From: Narcine bancroftii
Taxonomy: Eukaryota
Assembly: GCF_036971445.1 (NCBI RefSeq)
Contig: NC_091477.1
Location: forward strand, 120,528,001 to 120,592,000
Length of the DNA: 64,000 nucleotides
Reading direction: 5' to 3'
Below, piece by piece: positions 1-18,650 of the stretch. A program made the position numbers and the translations under genes. The stretch's first letter is position 1; every line of letters starts with the position of its first letter. A model generated the notes under the pieces. The model was not told where the DNA came from. It worked only from the letters and a program-made list of their open reading frames with translations, and made no database searches.

Positions 1-378
1 CGTGGAGAGGTCTGTGTGTGTGTACANNNNNNNNNNNNNNNNNNNNNNNNNNNNNNNNNNNNNNNNNNNNNNNNNNNNNNNNNNNNNNNNNNNNNNNNNN
101 NNNNNNNNNNNNNNNNNNNNNNNNNNNNNNNNNNNNNNNNNNNNNNNNNNNNNNNNNNNNNNNNNNNNNNNNNNNNNNNNNNNNNNNNNNNNNNNNNNNN
201 NNNNNNNNNNNNNNNNNNNNNNNNNNNNNNNNNNNNNNNNNNNNNNNNNNNNNNNNNNNNNNNNNNNNNNNNNNNNNNNNNNNNNNNNNNNNNNNNNNNN
301 NNNNNNNNNNNNNNNNNNNNNNNNNNNNNNNNNNNNNNNNNNNNNNNNNNNNNNNNNNNNNNNNNNNNNNNNNNNNNN

Positions 379-830
379 TGTGTACATGTGCGTGGAGAGG
401 TCTGTGTGTGTACATGTGCGTGGAGAGGTCTGTGTGTGTGTACATGTGCGTGGAGAGGTCTGTGTGTGTGTGTACATGTGCGTGGAAAGGTCTGTGTGTG
501 TACATGTGCGTGGAAAGGTCTGTGTGTGTGTACATGCGCGTGGAGAGGTCTGTGTGTGTGTACATGCGCGTGGAGAGGTCTGTGTGTGTGTACATGCGCG
601 TGGAGAGGTCTGTGTGTGTGTACATGCGCGTGGAGAGGTCTGTGTGTGTGTACATGCGCGTGGAGAGGTCTGTGTGTGTGTACATGCGCGAGGAGAGGTC
701 TGTGTGTGTGTACATGCGCGTGGAAAGGTCTCTGTGTGTGTACATGCATGTGGAATGTCTGTGTGTGTGTATAAGCATGTGGAAAGGTCTCTGTGTGTAT
801 ATATGTGTGTGTGTGTTTGTGCACACACAC
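379..830. repeat. ~30-bp minisatellite (tgtgtacatgcgcgtggagaggtctgtgtg)n in SMARCB1 intron 1, running into the N gap 27-378
   Basis: Directly visible tandem units with variable (tg)n length; the same unit flanks the gap at 1-26. Confidence 0.95.
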
Positions 831-909
831 ATGGGGGTGAATGTTCCTGTCTGTGTACTCCCCCACCCCCTCCCCTTCGAGCCCTGACCCCACTCTCTCC
901 TGAATGTAG

Positions 910-7425
<6,516 letters not shown>

Positions 7426-7965
7426 AGGAGGCGAGAAGGGGCCCGCGCCCCGCAGATGCACAGCAAGATCCCAGCAGCAACTGACTCCGAGCTGTGGGCA
7501 GAGCGAGAAAGAGAGAGAGATATGAGTCAAGGGATTTGTAATTTATTCCTATTTATTGTGGGGTCTCCATCCCGGGAGAGGTGCGGGGGTTTGGAGAGGG
7601 GGCTAGAGTGGAGTGGAGGCAGGGGATGAGGGCTGGATGGGCGATGGGGAGGGAGGAGATAGGGATAGAAGTGCGGGGAGGGATGGCTACAAGGGAGAGG
7701 GATTGGGGAATGCAGGGAGGGGCAAGGAGGGTGGGTGGGGTGGAGGGCATTTGGAGGGGGAGGGAATGAATAGGGAGCGAGAGGGATCTGGGGAGGGCAC
7801 AAAGGGGAAGGGAGGGAGGGATGAGGCAGGGGGAGTGAAGAGAGGGGAAGGGAGAAAGAGCCGAGGAGGGGGAAATGAAGGGAAGGGAGGGAAGGCAAGT
7901 AGAGGGGATTGATGGGGTGGGGGTAGAATACAGGGGAGTGGAGGCAGGAATTGGGGGGAAATAAC

Positions 7966-8425
7966 AAAAATATCTGGAGAAACTCAAGGTCAAACACTGT
8001 ACCTTATGTTGCAAAGATAAAGACACATAACCAACATTTCAGGCTTGAGTCCTTCATCAAAGTATGGGCAAACCTAAATCAAGGTATAGTCTGCTCTCCA
8101 TTCTTCTCTTCCCTATCCCTCTGTCTTCTTTCCTCCAGCTCTCCACACCTTCCCTCTCCATTGACATTTCCTCCCCTCTCCCTCCACTTGATTCCTGTTG
8201 TGCCCTCCCTCCCTTATCCTTTTGCCTTTGAGATCATGCCTCTCCACTGCCCACCATTTTGTTCAGGAACCTGCCCACAATTTGTCCATAACTTGATGAA
8301 GGGCTCAAGCCTGAAACATTAGTTATGTACATTGGTTATCTTTGCAACATGAAGTACACTGTCCTACTGAGTTTCTCCAGCATTATGATTTTACTTCAAT
8401 CACAATGTCTGCAGACTTTAGTGTT
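7966..8425. mobile_element. Short Penelope-tail-derived element with ~90-bp inverted arms, in the SMARCB1 3' UTR
   Basis: 7974-8060 is the reverse complement of 8293-8384; arms carry the tgatgaagggctcaagcctgaaac motif, also seen at 15273 and at the 3' end of the Penelope copy (25833). Confidence 0.7.
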
Positions 8426-8436
8426 TTACAACCATC

Positions 8437-8442
8437 AATAAA
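8437..8442 (+). terminator. Putative SMARCB1 polyadenylation signal AATAAA
   Basis: AATAAA ~1 kb after the stop with T/GT-rich sequence downstream; conserved in the duplicate at 10874-10879. Confidence 0.55.
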
Positions 8443-9269
8443 ATTTGGTATTAAAATTGTTATTTGTCCACTTACTGCTCCAAGATCAGGATCTCTCCTC
8501 ATCCCCCCCTTTTCCTTCCTCCCCTTCTTCACTGTCTCACCCTCTTCTCTCCTCCCCTTCTTCACTGTCTCCCCTCCTCCCCTTCCCTGCTCCCTCAACC
8601 CCTTACTTGTCTTCACCACCTCCCTACTCAATCTCCCCTTCCTCTCACTCCTCCACCCTCCCTCCATCCTTCTTTTCCCCAGAAAGTTGTGAATCTGGAA
8701 TTTGTTGCGCATTGAAGCAGTGGAGGTAACCCAGTAAATATATTTAAGACAAGGTTGGACATATTTTTGGATATATTTTTATATGGTGGGGGAAATTAAG
8801 GGATATGGGGAAAAGGCAGGTAGGTGGAGATGAGGCTATCATCAGATCAGCCATGACCTCATTGAAAGGCAGAGCAGGCTCGATGGGCTGAATGGCCAAC
8901 TGGTCCTATTTCTTATGTTCTGAGGTTGTTCCCATCCATTCTCTCCCTCCTCCCCTTCCCACCCTCACATTACCTGTCCCCTCTCCCCACCCTCCCCCAC
9001 ATCCCTCCATCATCTCTCTCTCTCTCTCTGTTTTGCCCTCACTCCCCTTCCTCTACCTTCACCACTTCCCTCTTCCTCACCCTCCTCCAGCTCTTCTATC
9101 TCTGCTTCCTCTCCCTTTGAAAATTTTAAATACAGATCAGGAGAGGCAGAGTGATAGAGTGACCTCCATTCACCTACCTCCCTTTCCAGGTAAGAGGACA
9201 GAGATAGAGAGGGGCCAAACAACCTCCAGCAGCCCCCTCTTCCGGGTAATAGGACAGAGAGAATAGGCA

Positions 9270-9900
9270 ATGTAATTGGACAATTCCAACTCTTGGTGAA
9301 TGCTGTTTGGCCAATGGCAATGAGCCTCCAGAGAGCTGATTGGTCCTACGCATGACTTTTCTGGTTGGTCCATTGCCCAGGCTTCCCCAAGTCTGATTGG
9401 CCACAACATCCACATGCTTCCAGAGAGCTGATTGGTTTGGTGTAGGGCTTTTGCTGATTGGACAGTCATCTTGGCTTGCTGAAGGCTGATTGGCTAAAGT
9501 CAAAGTGCTTCTGAAGAGCTGAGTAGTCCGACACCGGTCCCTTGCTGGTTTGTCTATTGTCAAGGCTTGCTGAAGGTTGAATGGACAAGATAAAGAGCTG
9601 GTTGGTCTTATGCTGGGTGTTGGCTGATTGGTCCATTGTCCAGGCATGCCCACAGCAAGTTAGTCTACTGTACAAAGTGGTGAACACGAGATTGGCTGTA
9701 TCCAAGGACTATTGGCAAGCTGATCGGCCTGCCTCGGGGGCAGAGGAAAGGGTTTGATTCAGCACTGGTTGCTGCGTCGAGGGTGGAGCTTCTGGCTGGT
9801 TGGTGCATGGGTGTTCTCTGATGGCTGATTGGATGTGGGCCAGGCTGGTCAAGAGGTAACTGGTGTTTTGACTTGGAACATCAGCCCATTATTGGTGGAT
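9270..9900. repeat. Degenerate array of CTGATTGG (reverse CCAAT box) motifs with ~93-bp higher-order period
   Basis: ATTGG at 9275, 9339, 9396, 9431, 9457, 9489, 9627, 9691, 9711, 9828, 9891. Confidence 0.8.
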
Positions 9901-10432
9901 GGGAGCATCCAATGACACCCTAACCCTAATGAGGTGGGGATGGGGTGGGGCGAGGGTGGGTCAGGGAGGATGGGACAGAAGGTGCCCGATTCAACAAGTC
10001 CCTAGTGGTGATGGGCTCAAAGGCCAGAGTTCGTCAAGACTGATGCTGACAACCAGAAAAGGGAGAGGGGTGGAGAGAGGACTGAGTGTGGGTGGGGGTG
10101 GAGAGGAGGAAAGAAAAAGGAGAGGAAAGGGGGCAGACAGGGAGAAGGGGTGGGGGAGGTGAAGAGCAAGGGCAAGTTTGGGAGTGAGGAGTGAAAGTGT
10201 AAGGGGATGGAGAGGGTTGTGGAGATGGGGTAGAGGCGGAGTGTGTTGTGGAGAGGGAGTGGGAAAAAGTGGAGGCGGTCATTAGTAGAAGGGATGGGAG
10301 TGATGGGGCAAAGTAGAGAGGTTAGTGGGGAGCAGGGGAGAAGGGAAGTAAAATAGGCAGAGAATAATGAGGGAGAAGGGGAAGTGAAGAGTTGAGAGGA
10401 TTCCAAGATGGAGAATCCCCAACCCCTCCCAG

Positions 10433-10472
10433 ATGGATGAGATGTCTCGCCCACACCACCTCCAGCTGGTGA
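10433..10472 (+). pseudogene. Duplicated SMARCB1 terminal exon (possible alternative last exon)
   Basis: cccag|a tgg atg aga tgt ctc gcc cac acc acc tcc agc tgg tga aligns gap-free to exon 9 (7386-7425), same 40-nt length and phase. Confidence 0.85.
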
Positions 10473-11749
10473 AGGTAGGGAAAGAGAGTCCCATGCCCCG
10501 CAGATTTATTGTGGGGACTCTATCCTGGGTATGTGGGAGGTGGTGGAGATGGGAATGAAGGCTGGAGGGGCAATGGGGAGGGAGGAGAAGGAGATGGTGT
10601 GGGGAGGAATGGGAGAAAGGGAGAGGCAAGAAGAGGGAGTGGTGTGAGGGAGAGATCAGGAAGGTGGAGTGGACAGATGGCAAGAAAAGGGAAGGGCAAG
10701 AAGCGGAAGAGTAGGGAAAGAAGGGGTGGAAGGAAGGGTGTGGATGGATCAGGGTGGTGGATGGAAGGGAGGGGAAGTGGAGGGAAGGGATGGGATTGTG
10801 CAGGGAAAGGAGAGGGAAGGACACTGGATGACAAGGGAGGGGTGAGGAAGGGAGGAGGAAGAGCAAAACTATCAATAAAGTTTTTTGTAAAATTTGTCTG
10901 TTTACTGCTCCAAGGTCAGGATATTAATCTCTCACCTCCTCTCCCTTCTCCTTGGACTCTCTCCTCTTTCCATCCACTCTCTTTCCTGTGCTCCCTCTAG
11001 CTCCTTGCCTCACCCTCCTCTTAATTTTTCGCCTATGTCCCATGCTCTCTCTCAATCCATTCTCCCCCTCTCTTCCATTCATTCCCTCCTCTCCCACACC
11101 TCACCTCCCCTCCCTTCACTCCTCTCCTTTCATGCCCCTCCCCCCTTCCTACCCCCTCACTCCTCAACTTTCCACTGATAGCTCTCCTTCCTATTCCTCC
11201 CTCCATCCTCCCTGCCACCCATTCCTCTCACTCCATCCCTCCCTCTCACTTCTCCCCTTCCCACCCTTTGCTCTCCATCCTCCCATTCCCACCCCTTCTC
11301 TCTTCTCCCCTCCCATCTCTCCCTCTCTTTCCCCACCCCCTTCTCCCTCTTCCCCTTCCCACATTCACTCTCCCTCTTCCTCCTCCCCTTCCCACCCTAC
11401 CTCACCCCTCCCTCCCTCTCCTCCATTTCCCTCCTTCACCTTCCTCACTCCTCACCTTTCTTCTTTTCCCTGTCCTGCCCTCCTTTCTCCTTCCTCTCCC
11501 TTTCACCTACCCTCCTCCTCTCCTCAATTTCCTCCTCCTATCACTCTCTGCTTCCTCTCCTATATTTCTTCATTCCAGATCAGGGGAGGCAGAAGTGCGG
11601 AATGACTTCCAGTAGTCCACCCCTCTCTCTGGGAAACAGGTCAGAGGGAAGGGATGAACAGCCTCCATTTCCCCCCCTCTTTTGGGTAGCAGGATGGAAA
11701 GAAGAGCTGAACAGCCTGCAATTCCTTCCTTGGAGGTGGCAACAAATTC

Positions 11750-12110
11750 TGCTGAGCTGATTGGACTATTTCAAGTCCTGCTGAAGGATGTTTGGTCAAT
11801 GCATTGTATTCCCGAAACACTGACTGAGCCAACATGGAAGTTATGCTGATTGGTCTGTTGTTCAGGCTTGCCCAAGTCTGATTGACACAACGTCCAAGGG
11901 CTTCCATAGAGCTAATTAATTGGTTGAAATGCCCTTTGATGATTGGTCTGTTGCTCAGGCTTCTCAATGGCTGATTGGCCACGGTCAAGCCCTTCTGAAG
12001 AGCTGATTGATTCAACGTGGGGCCTTTGCTAACTGGTACATTGTCCTAAATGATTGGTCCTCTACATGAAGGGATGAGCAGGAGAATGGCTACCTACAAG
12101 GACCATTGGA
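11750..12110. repeat. Second copy of the CTGATTGG array
   Basis: ATTGG at 11760, 11849, 11919, 11942, 11974, 12053; 93-bp spacings 11849-11942 and 11881-11974. Confidence 0.75.
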
Positions 12111-12507
12111 GAGATGATGAGGCAGCCCACACCTTGCAAATCCTGCCCCAGTTGCACCAAATTCTACCCATTCCATTTTAAACTCGTCCATTCCAATAAA
12201 TCCCACCACTTTATACCCAAACCTTGCCCTTCTCATTATTCTCTGCTCATTTCACGCTAAACCCCACCTATTCCACCCAAACCCCGCACCTTTAACAACA
12301 AATCATCCCTCTTCAAAATCCATCACTTTTCCTCATCGCCTGTACTGCAATCCTCCCTGTCTTTTTAACCTCCTCCAGTCCCCTACACACCATCCCTATA
12401 TCTGTAGCCCAACTCTTGTCACCTACACCATGTATCTGAATCCCCTATGCCCCTCCCTGTGTCTATAACACCACTTTCCAGTCCCCTACATCCTGCCTCT
12501 GTATCAC

Positions 12508-12753
12508 CTCCTGACCCTTATTACTCTTCCCGAAGTCTTGATCTGCAATGCAACAAATTCTGTGCCCATGATAGTCATTGACCCCTCGGTTGCACACAGT
12601 ACCACAAGGGTGAAGATTCCCACTGTTGTATCCAAGACCCACCTCCCAACAATGGAGAACATCCTGTATAACCTGGTGAACTGGATCAATGTATGCCACA
12701 GCAACCTGTCGTTCCTCATCCACATAGAGAGGATGCACATTCAGCTGAGAGAC
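12508..12753 (-). CDS. Candidate internal coding exon of an unidentified gene (82 codons, Cys/His-rich)
   Basis: Acceptor ctcatctcttcacccccag|, donor gag|gtgata, 246 nt open phase 0-0: VSQLNVHPLYVDEERQVAVAYIDPVHQVIQDVLHCWEVGLGYNSGNLHPCGTVCNRGVNDYHGHRICCIADQDFGKSNKGQE; high-complexity island between low-complexity tracts. Confidence 0.45.
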
Positions 12754-13606
12754 CTGGGGGTGAAGAGATGAGTGAGTGGGGTTGTGCAGAGAGGTTTGGA
12801 AAGGGAGGGGGAGATAGAGAAGCAGAATGGGGGAAGAGAATGGGAAAGTGATGGAGGAAAGAGGAGTGAGAGAAGGGGAGAGAGTGGTGAGAGAGGTTCA
12901 GTGAAGGGAAGAGAGGAGGAGAGAGGACAGGAAGGGGGAAAGTGATGGGTGGGAGAAAGGTGAAATGAGAGGAGGAGAGGGGGAGAGAGAGGAATTAGAG
13001 AAGGGAGATAGAGGAGTTAAAGTGAGGAAATAAAGATGGTGGAGAGAGAGGAGGGGATAAAGAATGGGGAGAGGGGAGGGGGAGAGGGAGATATATGGCA
13101 GAAATAATTTGACGGAGGAGAAGCGAGTGGGGAGAGGGAATGGGGAGAGAGAGTGTGGGAGGGGGAGAGAGAATCAAAGAGTGGGAGGGTGGGAAAGAGG
13201 GTGTGTAGAGAGAGGGCAGGGGAAGAGAGGAGGGGAGAGAGTGTAAAAAGAGAAGAGAGGCAGAGTGGTGAGAGGGGGAGTATGCAGTGAGAGAAGGAGG
13301 TGAACGTGAGAAAGGGGAAAATGTGAAGGGGAGAGAGGGTTGTGTATATAAATCCCCAGGGCCTGATTAAGCACATCTCTGGAAATTGTGGTAACCTAGT
13401 GAAGAAATTATAGAACACCTGGTGGAGATCTTCCCAACATCCTTATGCATGGGCAAGTTGTCAAAGGACTAGAGGATGGTTAATATTAGCCCCTTATGTT
13501 TAAAAAGACTGCAAAGACCTGCCACAGGACTGCAGCTTTGTGAGCTTAACATTACACATGGGATTTTACTGGAGGGCATTCTGTAAGACTAGATCTCCAA
13601 GCACTT

Positions 13607-14371
13607 GAGACAGCCTATACATCACACCCCAAAATTTAAATAAATGGGACCCAACATTATCAGATAGATGTTTTCGCTGTAAAAAGGAAATGGGAACAAT
13701 AGATGCAATTTGGGCATGTGAGAAAGTGAAAATTTTTTGGGAAGATCTAAACCAGATATTAAATAAAATTACAAAAAGCAACATACCAAAAAACCCAGAG
13801 ATCTTCCTTCTAAGTAATATAAGAAATAAAGAATTTGGACTCGATTTGGATGAAGCACAAAAAAGATTTATTTTGATAGCCCTAGCTGTAGCAAAAAAAT
13901 GTATTATGTAATCCTGGAAATTAGAAGACAACTTGAGAATACAACAATGGTACATAGAAATAAATAAATGTATTCCATTAGAAAAAATAACATATAATTT
14001 AAGAAATAACATCACAATATTTGAACAAATATGGGAACCATACATGAAACACAATAGAGAAATCCTGCCACGGACCTCCACCGCCTAAAATGACAGAAGG
14101 AAAAGACAACGAAGTGAACTGACTCAGTATATAAAGGTAAAAGACAAAAATTTCTTGTTTATTTTATTAAGTGACGACATTGTTTAACAGGTTTAATGTA
14201 TCTTATAGATTGAACTTTGAATAAATGGGAAGGGTGGTGAGGGAGGGAGGGAGGGAAGGGAGGGGGAAAAAGGGGAGAAAATGACACTATATATTCAAGA
14301 GAAAAATGTCTGTATGTATTTTGGTCAGTATGGTTTATAGTGTGAAAAATAAAAAAAAATTTAAAAAAAAA
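13607..14371 (+). mobile_element. 5'-truncated L1-clade LINE 3' end with A-rich tail, inserted into an older CR1 fragment (~13350-14700)
   Basis: Cys-rich ORF2 C-terminus (DRCFRCKKEMGTIDAIWACEKVKIFW), purine-rich 3' UTR, AATAAA plus A-tail at 14348-14371; CR1 RT sequence resumes after the tail. Confidence 0.8.
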
Positions 14372-14709
14372 GGACAGTTCTTGGATTTTCAGCCTGGCTT
14401 TATGGGTGGAAAATTGTGTCTTATGAAATTGATAGAGTGTTTTGAAGAAGTGACCAAGTGGAATAATAAAGGCGGGTTATCACGGCCTGTCAGATTGGAG
14501 CGTGTGGTCAGTGGTGTGCTGCAGGGCTCAGTGCTGGCTATAGTGTTGTTTACCAATTGCATTAATGACAATGGTTGAGACAGACTTGGCGAATACGTGT
14601 ATGGCAAAGAAGGTCAACAGTATCTTGGTGAACAGTGACAGTAACAAAGGTATGACAGATGGAATTAACTTGGATAAGTGCAAAGTGTTTTGCTTTGCTG
14701 GGATATAGG

Positions 14710-17700
14710 AACATAAGAAATAGGGGTAGGAATCAATCATTCAGCCCATTGAACCTGCTCCGCCATTCAATGAAATCATGGCCGATCTGTTGATCGGCTC
14801 TTATTTATCCACCTATCTGCCTTTCCCCATATCCCTTAATTCCCTTACCATGTAAAAATCCATCCAACCTTGCCTTAAATATAATTACTGAGATAGCCTC
14901 CACTGCCTCAATGGGCAGAGAATTCCATCGATTCACCACCCTCTGGGAAAAGTAGTTCCTCCTCATCAATGTCCTAAATCTACTATCCCAAACATTGAGT
15001 CTATGCTCCCAAGTTCTAGTCTTCCCCTACCAATGGAAACAGCTTACCTACCTCTACCTTATCTATATTAATAATTTTATATGTATATATAAGATCCCAT
15101 CTTATTCCTCTAAATTCAAGAGCATGCAGTCCAAGACACCTCAATCTCTCCTCATAGGCTAACCCTTCATCTCTGGAACGAACCTGGTGAACCCCCTTTG
15201 TACCACCTCCAAAGCCTGAACATACATCCTCAAGTAACAAGATCAGTACTCAGATGTGGCCTCACCATTACTTTGATGAAGGGTTCAAGCCTGAAACATT
15301 GATTAAGCATTTTTTTATTTATTATGTTAAGGACACTGTTTGATCTGCTAAGTTTCTCTAGCATTTTGTTTTAACTTCAACCATGGTGCCTGCAGACTTT
15401 CATGTTTTAATTCTCACCGTTACCTTGTACAGTTGCAGTATAATCTCCTAGCTCCTAAATGTAATCCTTTGAGCATTGAAGGTCAACATTCCATTTGCCT
15501 TCTTGATAGCCTGGTTAAATTAGAAACCAACCCTTTGTGAATCATGTACAAGCACTCCAGAACCCAATCACTTGCTATTTAAATAATAATATAATCTTCC
15601 ATTTTCCTTCCAAAATGGATAACTTAACATTTACCAACATTGTTCTCCAACTGCCTGACATTTTCCCCATTCACTTAACCTACCTATATCTCTCTGCAGA
15701 CTCTCTGTATCCTTTGCACAATTTGCTTTACCACTCAATTTCGTGTCATCAGCGAACTTACACTGTGCGTTGTCCCCTCTTCTAGATTATTAATGTATAT
15801 TGTGAACAATAGGGGGCCGTGTATCAATTCCATCAGCACCCCGATCACCACTGAATGCCAACTAGATAAACACCCCTGTATCCCAACTCTGCTCTCTATT
15901 GTTTCATCAATCCTCTATCCATGCTAATGCATCACTCCCAACTCTATGGATCCTCATCTTATGTACCAGTGTTTTATGGAGCACCTTATCGAAAGCCTTC
16001 TAGAAACCTTCTGCCTGATTGATCCATTTCACTCCAGATGTCTTGTTATTTCTTCTTTAATGATAGTTTCAAGCATTTTCCCAAGTACAGACGTTGAACT
16101 AACTGGCCTATCTTTCCTTGCCCTTTGCTTACATCCTTATTTAAATAATGTCATTGCATTCACCATCTTCCAATCCATCTGGACCTCCTCAGAGTCCAGA
16201 GAATTTTGGTTCATTATTACCAAAGCCTTTATATAACTTCTGCTGTTTATGTCAATACCCTGGGATGCATTCCATCAGGACCAGGGGACTTACACATCTT
16301 TAGACCCTCAGGTTTTCTGAGTACCACCTCTTTAGTACAACCACACCTTCCATCAAATCCATAACATCTGTCTTTGGCACAGTAGACGTGTCCTCCATCG
16401 TGAAGACTGACACAAAATAGCCATTCAAAGGCTCTGCCATTTCCTCATTGCCCAATATCAATTTCTCCTTCTCATACTTCAAGGAACCAACCTTCATTTT
16501 ATGCACTCTTTTCCACTTTATATAATGATAAATACTTTTACTGCCCAGTTTTATCATTTGTGTGTTTTTTCATAGTCTGCCTTCCCTCTCTCTGTTGTTC
16601 ACTTCTTGGTTCTTTGTTGTTTTTTAAAGTTTTCTAATCTTCTAGTTTCCCTCTGCTTTTGATGACTTTGTATGCATGAAGTTTTAATTTGGTACCTTCC
16701 TTATTTTCATAGTTATCCTAGGCTAGCTTTCCTCACCCTTATGTCTTTAGTTTTAACTGGAATATACTTAAGATGAGCACCAGGAACAATCTATTTGAAC
16801 ATCTTCCACTGTTCCTCAACCCTCCCTCAATATAGCCTGTATTCCAAGCATATGCTGGCCAAATTCTCCCTCATCCCCTTGTAAATTTCTTTGTTTAGGC
16901 ATAATGCACTGGTTTTAGAGTTAACCTTTGTACGCTCCATTTTTATGAGAAACTCAATCATATTGTGATCACTCTTTACAAGATGATCCCTATCTCATTG
17001 CTTCAGACCAGATCCAAGATACCAAGTTCCCTTGTACATTCAGTAACATGCTGTTCAGAAACACTTTCATGGAAATATTCTATGAAGTCCTCTTCAAGGT
17101 TTCCTCAACCAACCTGATTAACCCAGTCTAAATAAGTGCATCTTAAAGTCCCCCACGATAGCTGCTGTTCCATCTTTACATGATTTGTGGCCTGTGCCAC
17201 TGAAATGTTATTATTGGATGGCACAACAACCACCTGTGATTGTTTCCCTTTACTATTCCTCATCCCTACCCAGATGGATTGAACATTTTGCTCCTAAGAT
17301 CTTATGCCATATTTCACTATTGGCCTGATTTAATCCTTAACTAAGACTGCCACCCACCTCCCTTACTTTCCTGTCTGTCCTTCAGTCCTGCCTGCCTTGC
17401 ATCCACATTCCTGTAATGTCCACTAAATCATATCCCTTTGTTCTGATTCATACCACAAGTTCACTGACCTTGTTTTGAATACCATGGGCATTCACATGAA
17501 GTGCCCTTACACTCAATGTGTTTTAAAAACTTGGTAATCTTTACCTCTTCTGCATGACTTTTATTCACTCTTCTCTTTTCTCTTTTTTTTTAACTTTTGC
17601 TTTTACTTTATCTGCACTCTCCAATCTGTTGAACCACTCCCAAGTATTTACTATAAAGCCCTGCCCACAGTCGAATTTATCCAATTCGCCAGGATCTAGG

Positions 17701-18650
17701 TCCCATCGTGGTTCAGATGGAGCCCGTCCCGTTTGGACAGCTCCTTCCTTCCTTCCCTAATACTGGAGTTGCCAATTGGAACCCACTTCTCCCACACCAA
17801 TCCTTAAGACACGCATTTAACTCTATAATCTTCTGGACCCTGTGCTAATTTGTACATGATTTAGATTGTAATCCAGAGATTACCACCTTTTAGATTCTGC
17901 TTTTTAATTTAGTTCCTAGCTCCTCAAATTCCCGCGGCCTAACCTCTTTCTTAATTCTACCTACGTCATTGGTACCTTCATGGACCATTACAACCGGATC
18001 TTTCTCCTCTCATTGCAAATTCATTTGCATTTAATATCTGATGTCCGAAACTGGGCACCAGTCAGGCAATACAGCCTTTGGCACCCTCTATACCTACGAC
18101 GGAGAACTTTGTCTATTCCCCCAACCATACTCTCCCCAATTACCACTGTATTTCTCTTGTCTCATCCCCCGCCCCCCACCCCCGAATGGCTTCATGGACT
18201 ACGGTGCCATGATCTTTCCAACATCCCTCACTATTTTCCACACAAGGAGTAAGAATCTCGGACTTGAGAAACAAGATCAAGGGCAGAGGTTCCTCCAGCA
18301 CCGTTTCACTCGCAGTCACACCCTCTTGTTCCTGACCAAAGGCCGAATTTGAGGTAGCTATTCTAATGGTTGTGACTGTTTCCAGAAACAAAGTATCCAG
18401 GTACCACTCCCCCTCCCCGATGTGTCGCGGTGTTTGACGCTTGGACTTGAGGTCATCAAGACCAACCAATTACTAGACCAACCAACACTTGTTACAGATG
18501 TAGCCATGAGCAACCAAAACGGGGTCCACCAGCTCCCATACCATGCAGCTACAACACATCACCTGACCCTGCTTCTCTACATGATTTAATTACCCTTACT
18601 TTGGTGACATTTATATAACCACTACAAAAACACTACCTGCTCCTCACCTG
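14710..18650 (-). mobile_element. Long degraded CR1 LINE (ORF1, endonuclease and RT remnants, 3' tail), interrupted at ~15270-15415 by a Penelope-tail repeat
   Basis: Minus translations GLAYEERLRCLGLHALEFRGIRWDL, KVGSLKYEKEKLILGNEEMAEPLNGYFVSVFTMED, and an ORF1-like start (CCSCMVWELVDP). Confidence 0.85.

Noticed and set aside
379-830. Regular ~30-bp repeats resembling a CRISPR array
   Set aside because: No unique spacers, vertebrate intron, no cas genes
9136-9189. Possible plus-strand mini-exon (tacag|atcagg...ccag|gtaaga), echoed at 11579-11639
   Set aside because: Lies after the SMARCB1 stop and poly(A) signal, has TGA/TAG codons in the first copy, and lengths differ between copies; no support without RNA data
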